From positions 292,954 to 356,953 of the forward strand of contig NMRA01000041.1 in NCBI GenBank assembly GCA_002633005.1: DNA of 64,000 nt, in the 5' to 3' direction. This document shows positions 1 through 14,042 of this stretch, piece by piece (positions within the stretch are counted from its first letter, which is position 1; every line of letters begins with the position of its first letter). The stretch is from Phoronis australis (taxonomy: Eukaryota; Animalia; Phoronida). The notes under the pieces were generated by a model. That model was not told the DNA's origin. It searched no databases and was given only the letters and a program-made list of their open reading frames with translations. The position numbers were made by a program, and so were the translations under genes.

Positions 1-240
1 TTCATTCACCTTTGCTCATAAGACCATGATTTTTCTATGGAAAATGTGGTGATCTGTGGTATGAGAGAGGCGGTTCATGAAAGAATTGAGTCCCCCAACC
101 TCAACAGAAAAGGAGGACTGAGATGTACTGTTTAGAATAATGTATTGCGTTACCAAACAAAGAAATTATGTCACAACCCACGTGACAACAATCTCCTCAA
201 AGCTGATGCGACAGCACTTCGGCTTCAAACGATCTGTAGA
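1..240 (+). mobile_element. Degenerate 3' end of a Penelope-like retroelement (GIY-YIG C-terminus relic)
   Basis: Broken reading gives WYERG...ERIESPNLNRKGGLR, resembling the W-F/Y-E-R-G...P-x-L-N-R-x-G-G-L-R end of Penelope endonuclease ORFs. It is followed by a decayed CTGATG...AAACG motif near 203-231. Confidence 0.5.
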
Positions 241-1560
241 AGTCTCAGAGGTGGGGACGTTATGTTACCATTTATATAAAAATGTCCAGAAATTGATTTT
301 TGTCTTGCTGTTAGAATTTTTTCTCAACTGGTCTTCTAAAGGAAGTAAAAAAGATCTAAAGAGTCGCGTATAACAAAATGACAATTTAGAAAACTGTAAC
401 AACATTTTTGAGATTTCCTCTTGATCATTTTTATTAATTCATTTATTTTTGTTTTGTTTTGCATTATGCCTTAACTGGATGAGTAACAAACATTCAATAA
501 TTGCTAACACCTGACACTGTTCTGGAAAACAGTCCATATACCGTAGTACCCGAACATTCCATATGAATCCGATCAGCCATTTCTGACATGCGATGTTCCG
601 AATTAAGCAAACTTTGACCATTTTCCTACGATCCTACTTAACTTCAAGTATGTTATTTACTTATAGCCATTAATGAATTAAGTTTCACTTTGTCAAAATT
701 TTTCACAAAAATAAACATCATTTATTTCCACAATCTCAAACAGTGTAGTTGGGTAGTAGCCCTTCGTATGGAGTCTGTCCTGGAATGCCCATGGTTGCTA
801 CATAGTATCCTATTAACTACAGAGGCTCACCAATCAATAATCCTGAATTTTGTCAGCCAAGCAATGGCAGTGAACTTGGGAATTGAACAGGTGCTAAAGC
901 ATGCAATCACAGACTTTGTAATTGGCAGGTGTTCAGGATAAATACTCACATCACATATGTGCAGACAATAAGTGGAACAATTCCTAGAACATTGTTTAGA
1001 ACGCATTAATAACTTAAGAAATAATGAAACAGAATCTAATTTGTTATGCTACAACGATATCTCAACAACTTTGCATAAAAATAATCGCCAAAATTTGTCT
1101 TCTCTTCATTTTACAATGTCTCAAACCATTGGGCTGTTCGATTTGTTTCTTTGGAAATCCCAGCTGAGATGCAAAATCAGACCGCTACAACTTAAAAGAA
1201 AAATGGTTAATCTTGTTAGTGAGTATTTGTTTGCAGGCAGGCATACCGGTATTATATGATCCAAACCCTACATCATAATATTAATGAAGAGCTCACAACA
1301 GCAAGTTGCGCACTGAATAATATTGACTAGCCAAGCATAATCATATTCTGCCACTTTCGTTGATGACGTAAAATGCAAGCGAATGCATTCTGCAATTCGA
1401 TAAAATCATGGAATAGACAAAACGTGTTCTGAAGAGATTTAAAACTCAGGCACAAAGGACTGATCATCAATTCTTGTCCACTTAAACCTACTGAACCAGT
1501 CTCTTGGGTTTTGCTTCATCACAAGTGTGGGATAAAAACCAAGCTCAATTTTTTTCACAG

Positions 1561-2841
1561 ATGGCATTTGCACTTGCTCAAATACTCAGTCTGGAGCCAG
1601 GAAGCTTACATAACAACCTAGCACTTGGACTGCTGTTTGTGTCCTGCATACCAGGTGGCGGTATGGGTCATCTTCTAGTCATAATCATTGGCAATGCTGA
1701 CAAAGAGCTCAGTATGGCCATGAATCTCATCAGTACTACGGCTGTAATTGGTGAGTATTACATCTTGATCCTCCCAATAATAAAAATTATGGTACCAGGA
1801 TTTTCNCAATAATTGCTCGACAAAAAAAACCAATCGCCAAAACTTTAGCAACAGAAACGGCATTATCGAATTGCGCCCTGGCGCTACTAACACTACGATT
1901 TACTCTAGAGCAGCCGGACGCTGACGTCATCTCCACCATGGCCATGTGGGTCTTGCTGTTCAGCCCACTGCCATTCGTGTTACTGCTCATAGTTCACAAG
2001 ATAAAGAAGTCCATCTTGGAATACTACAATAAGCGGAAGGAGACACAAGAACAGCACATGATGTTATTAGCCAGCTTCGCCAGCATGACTAAGAATATGG
2101 CCGACATCAGTGGACTGGCCACGATGTTCAAGAAAAAGGCAGACGAGAATGGAGATGTGGACATTAGGGTAAGTTGCTTTATGTTATCAGGGCTTGACAT
2201 AGGAAAATGAAATTTGGAAATAGGATCTGAGATTTTGGCTAACTCGATTTAGCTAACATTGGAATTCCAACTTATGCCCACTGAGCTTAGTTTAGTACAC
2301 TTTCGTCGATAACTGACAATAGTAGAGGCAACTCATGTGAACCCAACCCCGCCATTTAAAAATAGCCCGACAGCATCAGTAAAGGCAGTTTTGGTTGTTT
2401 CGGACACAAAATTTTCTGTCACAGAAAAAAAACGCATGATAATCAAACATGTCCGTGATAAGTAGAAGTAAGACAAAAAAGACTGCAGTTCCTTTTAACC
2501 TTCTGCCTAACGCTAAAAATTTTCTTGCTTATTTGTTCTTGAATGTTGGTAACTATGAATTCCAAGTACTGGAACTTATTGTGACCTGAATTCTACAAAT
2601 GTGACCTAGGATTTTGGCCACGTCACAAATGACCACCTGCTGATTTTTACAGGTGGGCAAGGGCCGGTTTTACCTTCTCTTCTATTGCACAATCTATGTG
2701 TTTGAGAAATTGGGGGTGTGTGAAATAGATGGGTAAAGTGGTGCCTTTGATTTTTTTCAGACAAATGACAGAAGGGAAAGTGTCAATAGCGAAGATGGTA
2801 CAATAGCTGAAGAACCTAGCACGGCACAGAGCATACTGTAG
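1561..2841 (+). CDS. SLC10-family (bile acid:sodium symporter-like) gene 1, 3' exons only
   Basis: Exon 1561-1750 (cacag|ATG..G|gtgagt; LALGLLFVSCIPGGGMGH...ADKELSMAMNLIST). Exon <1807-2168, whose start is lost in the n at 1806 (RQKKPIAKTLATETALSNCALALLTLRFTLEQPDAD...; AGG|gtaagt). Final exon 2761-2841 (ttttcag|..TAG). AATAAA at 3235-3240. The 5' exon was not found and is presumably left of the window. Confidence 0.85.
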
Positions 2842-3561
2842 ATGGCGATGAACTGATTATCACTCATACGATAGTATTTACTAAGTGTGTTCACACTGAC
2901 TTCCCAAGATACTCAAAGCAGTGATCAACTACAACTGTGAAAAAAAACCTGTTTACTACTTAACCGATACTATCGATAGCTGTAAACTGTTAAAAATAAC
3001 TGTGTTCACACACACACGTTCGTCGAGGAAACTTAAAGGAGTTATGAATACAACCAAAAAATAGTATTGCAACGATCAAATAATGTAACTATGAACTGTT
3101 GACAAAATGTGTTCACATGCATGTTAGAGGTATGACTTCAATAGTGAATGCAACTATGATCTTGAAACTGTGTAAGAAGCCATGACCTGTGAATAATAGG
3201 CATTCAGGCAAAAGGCCAGACTGTGAGGAATGTGAATAAATATTGTGTACCAGTATAAACAGTGTTAGCATAATATTGATAATTGGTTTGTAAATTGTTG
3301 TTCATAGGGATTAGGGAATCTTCAGCACAAATATCTTCCAGATATCTGACCAGCTAGGAGAGTTACATGTGAATGAGACCTACATGTGAACTAGACTCTA
3401 ATCTTTTAATCAATGCAAATTTTATTAAGTATAACTATAAACAGAGTAGATTACCAAGGGAATCTACCTCTTTTTCATGAGAAATATGGAATACAAACAA
3501 ACTTATCAAGCAACACTACACCAACTTTCAAGATAACATTAAATTGCTTAACTTAATAAAT

Positions 3562-4429
3562 ATAGATTATTACATGGCGAAGTCGTTATCCCCCGTTATC
3601 TAGAGCCCGAGTGGATTTTGGAAAATTATCGCCCGAGGGGCGTTAGCAACGAGGGTGATAATTCTCCAAAATCCACGAGGGCTCTAGATAAGGGGATAAC
3701 GGCTGAGAACATGTAATAATCTATTTATACCACATACTAAACCAAAAACATTGCAATGAATCGATTTACCTTTTCTGACTCTCCACGGCTTTGTAACTAC
3801 TTTCTATGTCAGAGGCCCGAGGTCGGAGGTCGTGACCTTTTAAGAAAAGCCCGGCAATTTTTGTCAAATAATGCTTTTACTCAAAACCAATTGAAAACTT
3901 AAATATTATAGAAATAAACTGAATTTATAAATTAAGGTTTACCAACTATTATAGCTTAAAACACGTTTTTTTCACGCTAAGCTTTGACCGGGAAATTATC
4001 GTCTGCTAAAGTAGGTTACCACTGGTAACTGAATATAATTCTCAAGTCAAAGATCCTGACGACACGATACCCGCATTCAAACTATAGATCGGTGATTTAC
4101 AAGTAAGAGGACATGAGAGAAAAATTTCACCGAATTAAGATATCATTTTTATGGAAATTATGTGTCTTATTTTTCGTAGCGTATAAGTACAGTACAATGT
4201 GGTTTATTGAACGAGCGATTATTGCGAGTGCTCATTTAAGTATTCTATTTTCACTCTTGATGACGTCAGTCGCTGCGTGGTGTAGTGGTAAAGTCGGCGA
4301 CTAGCAATATTAATGTCCCGGGTTCGACCCCGTCCTCGGTTTCCCGCCAAATCGTTATCTCACTAGTGAGATAACTTTATGGGTTATTACACGGTTGTAT
4401 TTGCCATTTGACGCTAATATTGTGGTATA
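3562..4429. mobile_element. Non-autonomous repeat with a ~160-bp terminal hairpin and a nested short inverted repeat
   Basis: ATAGATTATTACATG (3562) to CATGTAATAATCTAT (3724) folds back around CCCGAGGGGCGTTAGCAACGAGGG. TTATACCACA (~3725) pairs with TGTGGTATAA (~4420-4429). Confidence 0.6.
4271..4342 (+). other. tRNA-like / SINE-head fragment (Pol III A and B boxes)
   Basis: A box TGGTGTAGTGG (~4278) and B box GGTTCGACCCC (4321-4331) at tRNA-like spacing. The acceptor and anticodon stems do not pair convincingly, so it is not called a tRNA gene. Confidence 0.5.
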
Positions 4430-5501
4430 AGACAAAGTATCAGTCAGGCTGGTAGCACTGATTGGATAACAGGACAATCGTGTGAACAGAATCACCTGCG
4501 GATAAATTTACAATTCGCCACTTTGAATGTATGGCATCAATTTGAATTCCAATACATTCTGAGTTGAAGACAACAGAATATTTGTATGAATCCCTCATGC
4601 GAGTGGATAAGGGGTCTTATGGCCTTGATGCTTTTGTAGAACCTAGTGAATAGATTTGGTGCTCCTGACCGTCAATTTTGCTAGAAGTTCTGATGCAGCA
4701 GAATAATTTCGAATAACAATTTTGAGAAATACAGTTCACAAGGTACTCAATCAAAGCGTGCATCAGAATTTAAATATTCACCTTTTAAGTAAGTAAAATG
4801 TCACAAATTAAGGACATAAAATGGTGTACAATTGAAATTTTATTTACATTCATAATAGAAAGATAAGTAGCACCACATCAATTTAGCACTATTTTCAAGT
4901 TCCACAACATAGCTACCATCAAACAGTTCCACAACATAGCTACCATCAAACAGTATCTTAGGAAACTGTGAGGACATTCCCAACAGAGTTCAAGGCCCTT
5001 GAAAAAATAGGTAATTTTCGCCACATACTTTTCTTCAAAACTGTTGAGACTTTCGGGAATAGGTGATGGTGGCATTAATTTAAACTGCAGATGGTTAAAG
5101 AAAAGCCTAACTATATACATAGCCATACAAAGGACTATCAACATGAATGCAGTACATAAAGCAAGCTGATGAGATAATCAATATCTTTGCCTGACTTTTA
5201 CAAGAAAATTATCTTAACATGATCAGTTGTACCCAGAAACACACAGACCACAACTAAAACTCACCCAGCAACCCTTTGTATGGCAGACTTTTGCACATTT
5301 CTGCTACATAATGGTAAACTAGAAGTAATTCACCACAGATTGACAATTTCATCATAATAGTGACCATGAATGTTATGGGTATGACTCTAAAAAGAGGGAG
5401 CTATCTGTAGCTAAGGGGAAATGTGCATGTGTCCTCTGATACATAGTTGCCACCTGTCCTGTTTTTGACACGGCTGTCCCAGTGTTGTCTCAGGTAAGGC
5501 C

Positions 5502-6095
5502 ACTCGCTGGTTCCCTGAGTGTCCGCTAGGGGGAAGGGGACACACATGTATCATTCAGCAGCACACGTTTTATCACTGGTTGATGTAATCTTGGCAGTCA
5601 TTGGTTAGGTTTATAACAAAGAAAGAAAATGGCAGAGTGTGAACGATTTTTAGCCTTATCAACATCCTTGTGAACCAAGTTTTCTCTCAACTGCAAATAT
5701 CTTGTTTCTGCAAAGCCGCGTGCTTAAAACGCATACAATGGCAATGCACACAGATCTGGCTGATTTAACCAGTGTGTTATTCATACAGCGTGAATACAGG
5801 ACAGCGACGTAAACAAAAATCAGCGACAGTAGAAAAATGCACACCGACACAACTTTCGGATTCACATTTCTTGAACATATCCCAGTTAGGCACTGATTTG
5901 TCTGCACAACGGTTTACAAACTATATCACATTTACACTTCCTGCATCAGTCATGCCAGTTTGTTGACGTTCCACGCTACCTCTTGATAATGCAAGAAGCC
6001 AATTAGAAACAGCGGTGTCAAAATTTTTCGCCAGGAAAAAATGATACCTGCGTGTCCTCTTCCCCCTAGTGGTCACGCAGGGAACTAGCGAGAGT
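5502..6095. mobile_element. MITE-like element with ~55-bp imperfect TIRs and a flanking direct repeat
   Basis: ACTCGCTGGTTCCCTGAGTGTCCGCTAGGGGGAAGGGGACAC... pairs with ...GTGTCCTCTTCCCCCTAGTGGTCACGCAGGGAACTAGCGAGAGT. GTAAGGCCA occurs at both 5494-5502 and 6094-6102, giving a TSD of 6-9 bp depending on where the termini are set. Confidence 0.7.
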
Positions 6096-8829
6096 AAGGC
6101 CATAGTACCAGAATATGAGTGCTAATTGACATAAACAATGATATTTATATACTGCTGACATTGGGGTAGTGTGTGACCTGCATATTTCCGTTCTCCAGTA
6201 CCCCTATTACATATATGAGTAATTGGATTGAGTAGACAGTCAAAGTCATTCTTGACTTATTGATTGAAATACAGCATGTGCGATTTTACTCAAGTTTCAT
6301 CTGATTCAGGAGATTGCTAGCTGGCTGATAACTGCCAATTATTTTCGATAGACCTAGTCAGTGAAATGGAGTGAATGGTTTACAAGACTTAACGATACCT
6401 GCACAGAGGCAATTAATGAATTCTCCCACTCAGCAAGACACGGTGCCACAAAAATAACAAGTGTACTCTAAACTGTGTCCACACTACAAGTTACCCAAGA
6501 AGAACTTGCGCTGGAGCAACCTGCCCCAATTCAGCTAAGTATCCACAATACGCATCCTACACCATGCAACAAATATGGTGCAAAAATTATAGAAACTCCT
6601 ATGCATGTAACTGGGCAAGCGCACAGTTGGTATTGTCTTCTGCCATGTCTACAGGTTAGCGTTCACATTATGACATACGCTGGGACAAGTTACCCCAGAA
6701 AAGTTACCCTAACTCATCGTGTGGACGGCACTTAAGTCGTGTTCAGCTCGTCACAGTGTGCAAATAGCGGTCCAAAAGTCACGTAGCAAATCATGCACAA
6801 AAATATGAGTGAACACAGACAAAACTTAATATACCTAAAAGAAAAGTTTTTGTGCTGGTTCAACTGGCAAGCCGTGCCTCCACTTGAGCTAGCCTTACAG
6901 GGGTGTCAGATATTGAAGCAAAAGGACTCTTGTGAATGACTTTCTTTGCTCAATATTATGTAATCACCAACTTAACTTGCAGTAAACTAATCCATATCCT
7001 TGCTCCTTATCCAGGCTGCATGCTGTGATACAATGAGGTGTAAATCTATGCAAGCCAAGAATTTGCATGAACTAAAACTGCATTAACCTTAAATAGGAAT
7101 TTATGAAATTTCGAGGGAAATGTTTGGGTTAAGTGTCGGTAATTTTGTTCAACTTTTAAGATGGCTCTAAACCAGTGCTCTGTCTAAGAAGTGAACTTTT
7201 GATTTAGATGGGTTTTCCATGTCAACATGTTCCTTACAGCAGATGAAAAGTGATTTGTTTTCATAGGGCAAAGAACTAGCAGTTCATTATTCATTGAGAT
7301 GTTGCTCAGGGCATGAATTATCTCCAATATCACTATTGAACCATTTGAGACCAATTTCAAAAGCTATTTTCGTGATGTAAGGGAGGCTTAAAAGTGACTG
7401 CTTAAAATATTTTTAGAGGGAGACTGCCCTAAAATCAGTTGAAACAACTAAAAAAGCTACATTGTGGTAATGACAAAACGAGTATGCTCAAACGGCCGCA
7501 AAAAATCATTGTTCACCTCAATGTCTCAAGATCTACTTGTAAGCACAACTAGCACCACCTATTGAGCAAAAAGAGTTGAGCTTCAAGGAAAAACATTGAT
7601 ATGAAAAAGTTGTGTTCAGTTGTATCAAGCTGGCTTCAGACGCTGAACATTTGCTAAATATAAAAGGGAAACAAGGTTCCAGAAGTATAATCTTTTATGG
7701 AAAAGAAATGTCCAATCTTTCTTAGCGAGAACCGAGGTTGTCAAATTTACAACAGTAACCCCCCCGCATCCCCCCACCTAAGGTGGCAAAATATGAATTC
7801 AACTGTATTCGCATCGTGTGGCAAAGCTTCAATTCAGAAAAACTATGACGGAAAAGCATCAACTTTTTGAGCAGAAACAGTACGGAAACCTCACTTGTAT
7901 TGTGCATCTTTCTGCAAAATATAAAATTAATTTATAGCATCATTTCGAGCACCCGTAGCAAAGTAAACCTGCACAAAGTGGAGAGCCAAAAATTTTGGTA
8001 TGATGAATGTTTTGCATAAAATATCAACATCCGACTATATCAATTCATGAAAACACAATAGGCTGAAGACAAGACAATTATCAGTTTACATCTTTTCGAC
8101 TGTGTTTTACCCCTTTGAGTCTCAACTGATATCAAACAACTGTGAGAACATCAAAGTCTACTACAGTATAATCTCACCAAATTCAGACAAAAATAATTGC
8201 CAAAAATAGATTTTTTCCATTTTCAAGGGCTTTTAACGTAGCTGACAATGCCCGCATTTTTTTCAAAATATTGTCTGTTGGTAGTTACTGTACAGAGCTT
8301 GGTTAAAGCAAAGTAACATTCTGATACTGTATATTGCATATGAAAACAGGAAAAAATACAATCTCACCAGTCTGCCATGTTGTGTCTTACATTGGTGAGA
8401 TTCTACCATTCGTGGTATGATTCTTGAATAATCAACACAGATAAGATGTCTTCAACAATTTTTGCCAAGAAAAGAAAATTGTTTTTTTTCTATATAGTTT
8501 GAAAGCACATTAATTCCTTGATCACTCCACAGCACTAACACTATGAACAATATAATTTTATAAGTTTTTGATAAGCAAGGTTGACAGCTGTGAGCTTGAC
8601 CTCTATTTCTGTTTGAATCATTTCATTTTTTTTTTGAACCACTTGATAGATCAATAAAACTAATAGTTTTGCTGTAAACATTCTCTCAAAGCCTCTTAAT
8701 GCTACTTAATGTCATCAACTTCTGTTCAACCTTAGCTAGTGTTGTTTTGATCAGCGTTCATTCAAGAATGTTGCATGTTCTTGCTAAGTAGCATTAATGT
8801 AGTACCCTATTACTGTGTTCACATGTTAA

Positions 8830-10340
8830 AGGAGCATGACACCCAAAAAACAACCTAATTTGTATCAATTTAGATCGAGTAGTTCTACTCCATAACGGCA
8901 CGTACGGTTGCGTTACCTGACACCTGACGGCAGACGGAGGTGTTGAAATTATCCAATGACGTCAATGGTTTCACACGCAGTTTGTTCAGCAGTTCACAAC
9001 ACGGGTTACTGGTGTCAGCTTATCGCTTGAAGCCATCGTTTAACACCAATAAATCATCAAACTTCGATGTAAAACCCTTAAAAATACACCGAGTTCTTAT
9101 AAAAACGTGTTGTTTTATTTCGCTCTTACGGATTTATTGGTATTTGGACACACCATACCCTACAAAGTTCGGCAGGCGAATAAGTTTAGGGTCTGTTCGG
9201 AGATAATTTCAAAGTATTTTCCGTGAGATACAGACAGGAGAACCTAGATCTGTGTTGTTTAGACTTGTGATTTTTTGATTTCTAAACACAAAACGCTTGT
9301 AATCCTGGCCAGTGGCTCGGAGCCCGATCAGGCCTGTCGGATTGACTCGTTATCCCGATTATGTTGATGAATTAGCCTCGAAACTGCAAATCTACTTACT
9401 CGTCGGTTCCACTTTGGCCACAGCACCATCAGGGCAGAAGTTGTGCATCATTATTTGAGTAATGTAAAAGGAAATAAAGATTCCCCTAACACCTGGCCGT
9501 GGGATGGAAATCGAGTTGTTTCAAAACAGTTTCTGCCAGAAAACACTAAATTTGCATGAGCTCACACGGCCTCGATGTCCCGTCAATTAGTTTTATTGCA
9601 CCTAAAGCCGGTAACGCAGTGATTTATTCATTGCTGGCCTCTCAAATCATTTGCACTCAAGAGCACTAGGCACTACAAATTGCATGTAATGAGACAGACT
9701 TTGTTTCAGTTTTATATACGCATTGGTTAGGGTGAGAATAATTCATTTTGAAACAGAACCCTCAGTAATAAACGTCAACATGGCAACTCGCAATCCCGAC
9801 TTAGGACGAGCTAGAGCTCATTAGTCCCGACTTCGCAGGTGGATCGTTAAGTTTTACAGGCTATCAACTCAAACAGGAATACAGTGATGAAGAAATACTA
9901 GAGAGGCACCGTGAACAAGCTCAGACAACGGAACGTATGGAATTATTTGATAAGCCGGCATTCGTCAGGCACTGTCGACGTCTGCAGGCCACAGACACGG
10001 AGATGTTTCATGGCCTCATACTTGCTACTTACAGCGTACATTTCAATCTTCACTACCATGAGCCACTTCCTAAGCATTTCGGACTTTCGAGGATGTAAAA
10101 AAAACTATATACCCGCTTTCCTCGCAGCTGCCTAGTTCGGACAAGCGGGAACGATGCACCCCAACATAGCGGCATTCACTCAGAATATGAACCACTGACG
10201 TCGCTAGCGTCGTTTCTCACCTTCCTCACAGGTTAACGCGACACATCTTGGCAAGGTAAGGTCGACCATATGCGAGGCGATGTGGATATAGACCGATTAA
10301 GACGGCAAAAACGACAAATTAAATCGGGTGGCATTCTCCT
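8830..10340. mobile_element. Non-autonomous Kolobok-type DNA transposon, copy 1
   Basis: TTAA at 8826-8829 and 10341-10344. Termini AGGAGCATGACACCC...GGGTGGCATTCTCCT (AG..CT ends with a TTAA TSD fit Kolobok rather than the CCC..GGG ends of piggyBac). A homologous copy lies at 18992-20415. Confidence 0.8.
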
Positions 10341-13300
10341 TTAAGTTGCCCTGGCAGAAGATGACAATACGGGATTGGACAAAAATTAAAACGGTGCAAC
10401 TTGAAACAGTGTGACCAAAAGCCTTCTTTAAGGTAGAGAAACTTGCATCTGATCAACTCACTTTAACACATAAATATCCATGTGAACAGAAGCCCTCATA
10501 GAGGAAATCAGCATTATCCGCAGCTATGTTCACATGGGCACTTTCTTCTTAACAGAAGCAGGGATGAGAAATATTATGGTTCAGTTCAAGCGATGCAGCA
10601 GATGCTAAGACTATAAAATAAAGTATGGTACACATACTTTTATTGCAGTTAACTGTATCATCAAAATCCAATTAAAAATATCGATTTGTGATCATGAGCC
10701 TACTTATTCACATTCTTGCTCTTTACAGGGCATTACACAATGTAGAAAGAATGCTTCGAAAACCTTATGAAGTTTAAAAATATTAATATTAAAATACTAA
10801 TAACTCAATGAGGCTGAAAATGAAAATCATTTCCATGGCACATTGCACAAGTCATGCATATAAACTTGAATTGGCTGCTACATTTGAGGCTTATTCATGC
10901 GATACTTTTTGTAGAGCTTTTTGATTGATCTCGAAACTGACCGCACGAGAACAAAAACTGCAAAACTATTTGCAGCATTTTGAGGAAAAAATCACCAAAA
11001 AGTCACATGAATGGGTCTTCACATGATTCCATGGCACCTTGAAAGCACAGAAGTGACAATCACTTGAGCCAATTTCGAATTCTGTTGTACAATGCGGGTC
11101 GAGGTGACAAAGACGACAAAACAATTTCTTTCAGGCTCAGTCACTTTGCACCATTGGACTTACAAAAAATGCTGTAAATGCTACAGTTTAAATACCCATC
11201 ATCAAAGTTACAAGTGAACTGTAGGTGGCGCTCAGTGCTGCTCACTAAACACTTTATTGTCATCTCTGTTTAATGTCTCCTTCCCATTAAGGAAACCAGT
11301 GCATCACAACTCCACCCCAACTTCCCTTCCCATATTGACTGCATGGCATTTACATAGAACAAGAAGTTAACTGTTAGTTCTCGCATTAGACACCAGATGG
11401 CATATTTGAATCATACTATTGGAGTCAAACTAATGGATTTGAAATTAATAAACATCTCCAGCCAATTACAGTGAATAATGCCAGACTGATGAGAGTTATT
11501 CTCTGTCAGATTTCAGTTCTCACATTCCTTTATGTGGGACTATTAAGAGTTGGAATGGCAAATGTTTTGTTGAGTCCCACCAGCCACTAGCAATTATTCT
11601 ACCCAAAATGTTCCACTGCAACCAAGTTGAATAACTCTGCCCTTTGTTCCACCTAAGAAGAGTTGTGAGGACTAATTAAGTTCCAAATTTAGTTTTCCCA
11701 TTGAGTGGAACTCCACAAACCAGGAGTAAGTTGATGATGGTGGGAAAGCAAGGCCATTTCTTTGTGCAGCTGCTGGAATTTGGTTGTTAAACTTGTAACA
11801 GACCACATTTGTAAGAACAACACTTAGTGATAAATACATTCAGGAATGTTGGACTGACATTTGAGTGTCAATAAACTGTCTCACAATAGTGATTATATAA
11901 CAGAACATTCCAGGTGCAGACAGGGGCCAGGAAAATCATAATAAAGATAAGATCTAAAATCCACAAATTAAATAGTAGTTTTAAGATCATTCTTGAATTC
12001 AAATCATTGCCCAAGATGTCATTTTCCACCTTTTAATGACAATATTGGTAATTTGATGTCATGTTTTATAAAAATGAAGACAACTGCCTTCCAAATAAAT
12101 TTTTGTTGAAAAATTCTACATATCATTTTATTAATTGAAGAATGCTAACGAAACAAAAGTTTATTAAGAATCAAAGTATATATTCCAAGACCAACTGAGA
12201 AGCAATTTTCCAACAGCAAGAGTCGTGGCAATGTCAAGAAGCCAAAAAGACTAGCTTCCCAAGCAAATTATGTGTAAAAACTGACACAAGGACCTAACTC
12301 AGAAGCCTCGAGTCATTGCAAAATTTTACAAATCCATTGAATAAGAAAATTTCAAGTTCTTCCTGCCTGTAAAACATTCGACAGAATGGAGTTTATATTC
12401 GCAGGGTTCTCCACAACAGAAATTTCGACAGGAATAACAAGATTCATGAAAATGCTCAAAAGTACGTGTCTACTGTGGAGGATTCGCACATAACAAAGAT
12501 TGAAATCAGTACACTGAACAGGATTCTAAAATATCCATTTCTCTGAAATAAGACTCATCTAGCTCCTACGAGTTCAAACTCATTGCAATGATTTTTAAAC
12601 TCGTAGCAGTGAGTCAAAATTGCCACAGCAAAATTCAAAATTCGTCACTGTAATGAGACAGCAGATTGTGAAGAGCACTAAATCGTATCAATCTCCCTGA
12701 TGGGCCCACAAAAGTGGGTACAAAAAGACTGCAAAATGCACCATGCGTGGAAAACGAGGGAAAACGTGGGGCCGATTTACCAGTTGTGCCGTGATTGCTT
12801 TTAGGGCCGTCACAGGAGAGAGCTCTATGAGCTGAGCTGTCTGTCCCATTAGTAGGATAGCTGAGCTGACAGCTTTATGCCACAGTAAAAACAAGCATCT
12901 AATTTTGTTATCATAGGTTCTAGTCTTGAGCAAAGCTGTTAAGTCAGCTACAAGTATTGTTTACCTACTAGAGGTAGACAGCTCTTGACTTGTAGCTTTC
13001 TGACTACATTGGCCCTTAGACACAAGCTTTAGGTAATACAAAAACATAGGTAATGTACCTGTATGAAATGGGGGTAATTGACTAGGAAAAACAGCTGGTG
13101 TCTAAAAACACCTCAATGTCTATAATAAAGCGCTGACAAAAGTATCTCGGCCATTCACCAGTTATCTGGTCTGAATAGTCTCGAGTTTGACAGGACTGGT
13201 TGGCATCAGCCATATAGATTGGTGATTTGATGTTCTGTGAGAAAAACTTCAGAAGAACAAACAACCCAGTCAGGTCAGGACCTAGTGCATTTAACATCAC

Positions 13301-14042
13301 TGTGAGTGAACACAATAGCCTGGGATGTGTAATGATAACATAGGGCAGCCTGTCTGACATGCATTTGTGGTTAGTATTCAATGGTGATGGATAAACAAGT
13401 ACTCCCTGTTATAAGATTCATGGATTTACAGCAACTTCTGAGGATACTGTACTGAAGCAAGCGATGCTGGAAACATAGGGTGCAATAATTCTAGCCCCAA
13501 GATGTAGATATGGCTCCTTGAGGGTCACAGACTAACATAAAAGCATTGATTTGGAAATTAAACATCAAAGAAACCAGGCGTGTTTCCTGTGGAGAGTGTT
13601 CTCAGTAGGTGTTAGTCGCGGGCTAGTTGGACAACCAATCCCACTACGGCCAACAGGACTCTCATTCAGCTGCATATTTTACTCTATATTTGGCAACCCT
13701 GTACCTGTGTGAAATGGATCAATGAGTTGATGGGATTTAATAGGCGTGCCAAAGAATAAGCATTCAAGAACTGTTCGCCCAGGTCTGTTACAGCCAAACT
13801 GCAATAAATCTCAACCAGTAAAGTAGTCTGAGCAGTGAGTAATGTCTGTTGAGATCCACAGTCAGCTACACTTGGAGTAGAATTTTAAAGTTGGCGAGTA
13901 CAAGGGTAGATTCTGGATATATTTTGATGAAAATTAGTGCCTAGGTCATACCACGGACAGGTGAACTATCAATCAATCATAAGAAGGAAGCACTAGGCAG
14001 GTAACCACCAGGAGCTGTCAACGGCTACATATCCATGGAGCA

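Noticed and set aside
195-235. Active hammerhead ribozyme in the Penelope relic (also CTGACGA near 20857)
   Set aside because: The core CUGAnGA and GAAA motifs are incomplete and the stems are not supported.
4271-4342. Functional tRNA gene
   Set aside because: A and B boxes are present, but the cloverleaf stems do not pair; treated as a tRNA-derived fragment.
8940-9206. Repeated ~80-aa ORF (also 19102-19320) as a gene family
   Set aside because: Both lie inside the two non-autonomous transposon copies, start at GTG, and show no domain signal.
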